64,000 bases of DNA from Gemmatimonadales bacterium (GTDB lineage Bacteria; Gemmatimonadota; Gemmatimonadetes; Palauibacterales; Palauibacteraceae): contig DAOVWI010000001.1 of the NCBI GenBank assembly GCA_030636765.1, positions 3,951-67,950 on the forward strand, in the 5' to 3' direction. The notes under the pieces are model-generated. The model searched no databases and was not told the DNA's origin. It saw only the letters and a list, made by a program, of their open reading frames with translations. Position numbers and translations under genes: made by a program. Positions 59,958-64,000 of the stretch are shown here, piece by piece. Within the stretch, counting starts at the first letter, position 1. Every line of letters starts with the position of its first letter.

Positions 59958-61142
59958 GTGGCGTGGGAGCGGATCGAGACGGTCCGCTCCGTGGCCCTCG
60001 GCATCTGGGTCGAGCACGGAGGAGCCCACGACGCCGATGATCGAAAAGGGCTGGCCCACCTCCTCGAGCACATGGTGTTCAAGGGCACGCGCACCCGTAC
60101 CGCCCGCCGGATCGCAGTCGAGATCGAGCAGGTCGGAGGGTCGCTGGACGCCTACACGAGCCACGACCACACGGGCTACGTCGCTCGGGTGCCCGAGGAG
60201 CACCTGGAGATCGCGGTCGACGTGCTCGCGGATCTCGTGTTTCATCCAGCGCTCCGGCGGGACGATCTGCGGCTCGAGCGTGAGGTCATCCTCGAGGAGT
60301 TGGCCGGCCTGGAGGACTCCCCCGATCAACTCGTCTTCGAGCTTCACGGCGAGCAGCTTTATGGCAGCCACCCATACGGGCGCTCGATTCTGGGTACGGC
60401 CCGGACGGTCGCCTCGATTGGCACGGAAGATCTCGAGCGCCTCCAAGCATCGGCGTACGTGCCCGGCAACTGCGTCATTGCCGCAGCCGGGCGTCTGACG
60501 AGCGAACGCCTCCTGGAGGCTGTCGATCGGCGAGTGCCCAAAGCCGGTGAGCCTGCCCGCCGCGACCTCCCGCCTCTCGGTCCCGGATCGGCCGGCTTTC
60601 GCCTGGTCGAGCGGCCCGGCGGCCGCCAGTCGCATGTCGTGGTGGGCGCCCTGGCCGTGCCGCACTCCAGCCCGCTTCGCTACGCGGTGATCCTGGTGGA
60701 GGCCGCGCTGGGTGGTGGGATGAGCTCTCGGCTCTTTCAGCACATCCGCGAGGACCTGGGCCTTGCCTACAGCGTCTACAGCTATCACGCGTTCTATCGG
60801 GCCGCTGGGCACGTGGGTGCCTATCTGGGCACGCGGCCCGAGACGGCGGAGCGGGCCCGGGAGGCGCTGATCTCGGAGCTGCGGGCGGTCGCCGAGGAGG
60901 GCCTGACTTCCGAGGAAGTGGAGCAGATGAAACGGCAACTGAAGGGACAGCTGCTCGTCGGCCTGGAGTCCACCGTGTCGCGGATGCAGCGTCTGGCTGG
61001 TCTGTCGCTCTACCGCGAGCCGTACATTACCCTCGACGAGCTGGCGGACCGCATCGACGGCATCACGCCCGAGCAGATCGCGGAAGCGGCCGCGTTCTTT
61101 CATCCGGATCGCCTCTCCGTGTTGGAGTTGCGGCCGGCCTAG
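59958..61142 (+). CDS. M16-family zinc peptidase (insulinase-like); true start probably upstream
   Basis: Inverted zinc motif [11 protein letters not shown] ... EE. The conserved N-terminal NGLRV-like motif (ADGLRV) is encoded in frame upstream of the first canonical start codon. Confidence 0.85.
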   Translation: MAWERIETVRSVALGIWVEHGGAHDADDRKGLAHLLEHMVFKGTRTRTARRIAVEIEQVGGSLDAYTSHDHTGYVARVPEEHLEIAVDVLADLVFHPALRRDDLRLEREVILEELAGLEDSPDQLVFELHGEQLYGSHPYGRSILGTARTVASIGTEDLERLQASAYVPGNCVIAAAGRLTSERLLEAVDRRVPKAGEPARRDLPPLGPGSAGFRLVERPGGRQSHVVVGALAVPHSSPLRYAVILVEAALGGGMSSRLFQHIREDLGLAYSVYSYHAFYRAAGHVGAYLGTRPETAERAREALISELRAVAEEGLTSEEVEQMKRQLKGQLLVGLESTVSRMQRLAGLSLYREPYITLDELADRIDGITPEQIAEAAAFFHPDRLSVLELRPA

Positions 61143-61192
61143 CCTGCCAGAGAGCCGTCGAAGGGGTACGGTGGGCCACCAAGGAGGACTTC

Positions 61193-62305
61193 ATGATCGT
61201 CGGCGTGCCGAAGGAGATCAAAGCCAACGAGAACCGGGTCGCCCTCGTTCCGGCTGGAGCGGAGACGCTGTCGAGCCGCGGACACACGGTGCTCGTGGAG
61301 TCTGGGGCCGGCGATGGAAGCGGCTTCTCCGACGGAGCCTATGAGAGGGTCGGGGCGCGCGTTGTCGACGCAGCGGCGGCCGTGTGGTCCGAGGCCGAGA
61401 TGATCCTGAAGGTCAAGGAGCCGGTGCCCGAGGAGCACGAGCGAATCCGCGAGGATCAGGTCGTGTTCACGTACTTCCATTTTGCGGCTGATGAGGGGCT
61501 TACGCGCGGCCTGATGGAGAGCGGTGGCGTGGCGATCGCTTACGAGACGGTCCAACTGCCGGATGGCGAGCTCCCGCTGCTCACGCCGATGTCCGAGGTC
61601 GCGGGACGCATGGCGGTGCAGGAGGGGGCCAAGTACCTGGAGAAGTCGAGCGGCGGCAACGGGATCCTGCTGGGAGGGGTTCCGGGCGTGTTGCCCGCCA
61701 AGGTGGTGATCCTCGGGGGTGGGGTCGTGGGCAGCAACGCGGCCCGGATCGCCGCGGGCTTCGGCGCTCACGTCACGATCCTGGACGTCAACCTGGAAAG
61801 GCTGCGCTACCTGGCCGACGTCATGCCCGCCAACGTCGACACTCTCTTCTCCAACCGTCACACGATTCTCGAGCAGCTCGAAGGGGCCGACCTGCTGGTG
61901 GGCGCCGTTCTCGTCCCGGGGGCCAAGGCGCCGAGCCTGGTGCGGCGGGAGGATCTGAAGCGGATGAAGGATGGCTCGGTGATCGTGGACGTCGCGGTGG
62001 ATCAAGGAGGGTGCGTGGAAACCGTCCACCCGACCACGCACTCGGATCCCGTGTACGTGATCGACGGTGTCGTGCACTATGGTGTGTCGAACATGCCGGG
62101 AGCCGTTCCGCGAACGTCTACACTGGCCCTGACGAATGCGACCTTCCCGTATGTCCTCGAGCTGGCCGACAACGGATGGCGCACCGCCTGCCGGGAGAAC
62201 CCGCCGCTTGCGCTCGGAGTCAACGTGGCGTACGGGCAGTGCACGTACGCAGCGGTCGCGGAGGCGTTTGGCCTGGAGCACTCGTCCCTCGAAGACATCA
62301 TCTGA
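61193..62305 (+). CDS. ald: Alanine dehydrogenase
   Basis: [23 protein letters not shown]-binding [22 protein letters not shown]. Confidence 0.9.
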   Translation: MIVGVPKEIKANENRVALVPAGAETLSSRGHTVLVESGAGDGSGFSDGAYERVGARVVDAAAAVWSEAEMILKVKEPVPEEHERIREDQVVFTYFHFAADEGLTRGLMESGGVAIAYETVQLPDGELPLLTPMSEVAGRMAVQEGAKYLEKSSGGNGILLGGVPGVLPAKVVILGGGVVGSNAARIAAGFGAHVTILDVNLERLRYLADVMPANVDTLFSNRHTILEQLEGADLLVGAVLVPGAKAPSLVRREDLKRMKDGSVIVDVAVDQGGCVETVHPTTHSDPVYVIDGVVHYGVSNMPGAVPRTSTLALTNATFPYVLELADNGWRTACRENPPLALGVNVAYGQCTYAAVAEAFGLEHSSLEDII

Positions 62306-62395
62306 AGAGTGCGCGAGCCGCTTTCGTCTCGAGTGGTCCGACTTTACATTGCCCGCGATTGCCCGCGGCCGTCTCTCATCTGACCGGAATTCTGC

Positions 62396-63430
62396 ATGTT
62401 CAAGTGGCTGAGTAGGGGCAGCCTGCTGCCGATCAACGACATCGGTGTCGACCTCGGCACTGCGAACACGCTCGTCTATGTAAAGGGCGAAGGGATCGTC
62501 CTGAACGAGCCGTCCGTGGTCGCCGTCGACAAGAGCACGGGCAAGCCGAAGGAGTACGGTCTCGAGGCGAAGCGCATGCTGGGGCGGACACCCAGTGGGA
62601 TCGAAGCGGTCCGTCCGTTGAAGGATGGCGTGATCGCGGACGTCGACGTTACGGAGGATATGCTTCGGCACTTCCTCAAAGCGGTCACCTCGAACCGGTT
62701 CTTCAGGATCCGGCCCCGGGTGGTTGTCGGAGTGCCTTCCGGAATCACCGAGCTCGAGCGAAGGGCCGTCCGGTCCAGCGCCCACGCGGCCGGCGCCAAG
62801 GAGGTGTACATGGTCTCCGAGCCGATGGCCGCCGCGATCGGGGTCGGCCTGCCCGTTGAGACGCCCACCGGGAACATGATCATCGATGTCGGCGGTGGGA
62901 CTACGGAGATCGCGGTCATCGCGCTTTCGGGATCGGTGGCCGACACGGCGATCCGGGTGGGCGGCGACGAGCTGGATTTGGCGATCGTGACCTTCCTGCG
63001 AAAGAACTACAATCTTCTGATCGGTGAGCCCACGGCGGAGGGGATCAAGATCCAGATCGGTTCGGCGTATCCGACCGACGAGGAACGCGAGATGGTGGTG
63101 AAGGGCCGTGACCTCGTATCCGGGATCCCGAAGACGGTCCGGGTGCACTCGGCTGAGATCCGGGAGTGCATACAGGAGCCTATTCAGGCGATCGTGGCTG
63201 CCGTGCGGCGCGCTCTCGAGATGACGCCGCCGGAGCTGTCCTCGGACATCGTCGATCGCGGGATCGTGATGACGGGAGGCGGGGCGCTGGTGCGCGGCCT
63301 GGACATGTTGCTTCGCGAGGAGACCGGTCTGCCGATCCATGTCGACGAAGAGCCCCTCACCTGCGTGGTGCGCGGCACGGGGCGCATCCTGGATGACCTT
63401 CAGCGCTATCGGAGCGTGCTTGTCCACTGA
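62396..63430 (+). CDS. mreB: Rod shape-determining protein MreB
   Basis: Actin-like ATPase: [14 protein letters not shown] ... [12 protein letters not shown] ... [15 protein letters not shown]. Confidence 0.95.
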   Translation: MFKWLSRGSLLPINDIGVDLGTANTLVYVKGEGIVLNEPSVVAVDKSTGKPKEYGLEAKRMLGRTPSGIEAVRPLKDGVIADVDVTEDMLRHFLKAVTSNRFFRIRPRVVVGVPSGITELERRAVRSSAHAAGAKEVYMVSEPMAAAIGVGLPVETPTGNMIIDVGGGTTEIAVIALSGSVADTAIRVGGDELDLAIVTFLRKNYNLLIGEPTAEGIKIQIGSAYPTDEEREMVVKGRDLVSGIPKTVRVHSAEIRECIQEPIQAIVAAVRRALEMTPPELSSDIVDRGIVMTGGGALVRGLDMLLREETGLPIHVDEEPLTCVVRGTGRILDDLQRYRSVLVH

Positions 63431-63449
63431 CCTCATCGGCTGAAGCGAA

Positions 63450-64000
63450 ATGTCCAGCCCCCTGCGGTATGTGCCGATCGACCGCCCTGCGCGGGGTCGG
63501 GATCTCTCGGTTCTGGCGGTTCTCGTGGCTCTTTCCCTGGGATTTGTTGCGCTGAGCCCGGAGCGGCAGGTATTTGTTTCACAACGGCTTCAGTCCACTG
63601 TCCTCTACCCGTTTATCAAACTGCACGAGGCCTTCACGGAACACGCGGTCACGATGGGTCGGGTAGCGCGCCTGACCGAGGAGCGAAATTCGCTGGCGGC
63701 CGAGCTGGCCGCGATGCGGCGTGCCGCCTCCCAGGTCGGAGACCTCCGCGGCCTTCTCGCGCTGGACGCTCTGCAGACGGGCGATTTCCTGCTGGCGGAC
63801 CTCGTCCCGGGCCGGCCGCACATCGGTGAGTCGCACAGCTTCCTGGTGACGAAGGGCCGTCGAGACGGCGTCGATCCCCCCGTGGGCGTGATCGCCGGCA
63901 GCGGCCTCGTCGGCATCGTTCGCTCGGCTCGGTCGGGAGCGGCCGCCGGTGACTTCTGGACCCACCCCGAGTTTCGGGTCAGCGTGCGAACCGAGTCCGG
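63450..64000 (+). CDS. mreC: Rod shape-determining protein MreC (partial; continues beyond window end)
   Basis: Lies directly after mreB; N-terminal TM (VLAVLVALSLGFVAL) plus coiled-coil region. No stop before the window end, hence absent from the ORF track. Confidence 0.75.
   Translation, partial: MSSPLRYVPIDRPARGRDLSVLAVLVALSLGFVALSPERQVFVSQRLQSTVLYPFIKLHEAFTEHAVTMGRVARLTEERNSLAAELAAMRRAASQVGDLRGLLALDALQTGDFLLADLVPGRPHIGESHSFLVTKGRRDGVDPPVGVIAGSGLVGIVRSARSGAAAGDFWTHPEFRVSVRTES

Overview
High-GC (~70%) bacterial chromosomal core region with dense, mostly plus-strand (co-directional) housekeeping genes; no transposase, integrase, CRISPR or phage genes were seen. Recognisable blocks are: (1) tkt(partial)-hyp / rsmE-HIT-mutS2-dnaG-COG1579 Zn-ribbon-recJ-rsmD-coaD-pta-rsmA-rex; (2) exonuclease-MBL-thiolase-bioY-CPBP protease-hbd-acyl-CoA dehydrogenase(interrupted)-Leu dehydrogenase-glyA-yigZ; (3) nnr-thiL-plsC / SPFH(-) / eno-ftsB-tRNA-Met-thiI-uppS-cdsA-[repeat]-rseP; (4) a minus-strand sugar-nucleotide operon (manC-like, GlmU-like LbH protein, MBL hydrolase); (5) serS-histidine kinase-pcrA/uvrD-gatC-gatA-[repeat remnant]-gatB, DUF948(-), murA-pgeF; (6) the canonical rimP-nusA-ylxQ-infB-DUF503-rbfA-truB-ribF-rpsO-pnp-M16 peptidase superoperon, then ald, mreB, mreC(partial). 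The most unusual signal is a family of non-coding repeat elements bounded by perfect ~30-bp terminal inverted repeats with an ~85-nt conserved, hairpin-rich core. It occurs three times, each immediately after the stop codon of a plus-strand gene; one copy donates the gatA stop codon and abuts the gatB start, and another sits where dxr normally lies between cdsA and rseP. Other notable points are an in-frame UGA-C at a conserved Trp codon of an acyl-CoA dehydrogenase, short in-frame tandem duplications in truB, pta and nusA, a perfect Rex operator ahead of rex, and a palindrome-preceded small zinc-ribbon ORF. Coordinates taken from manual counting may be off by +/-1-3 nt; starts anchored to the supplied ORF track are more reliable.
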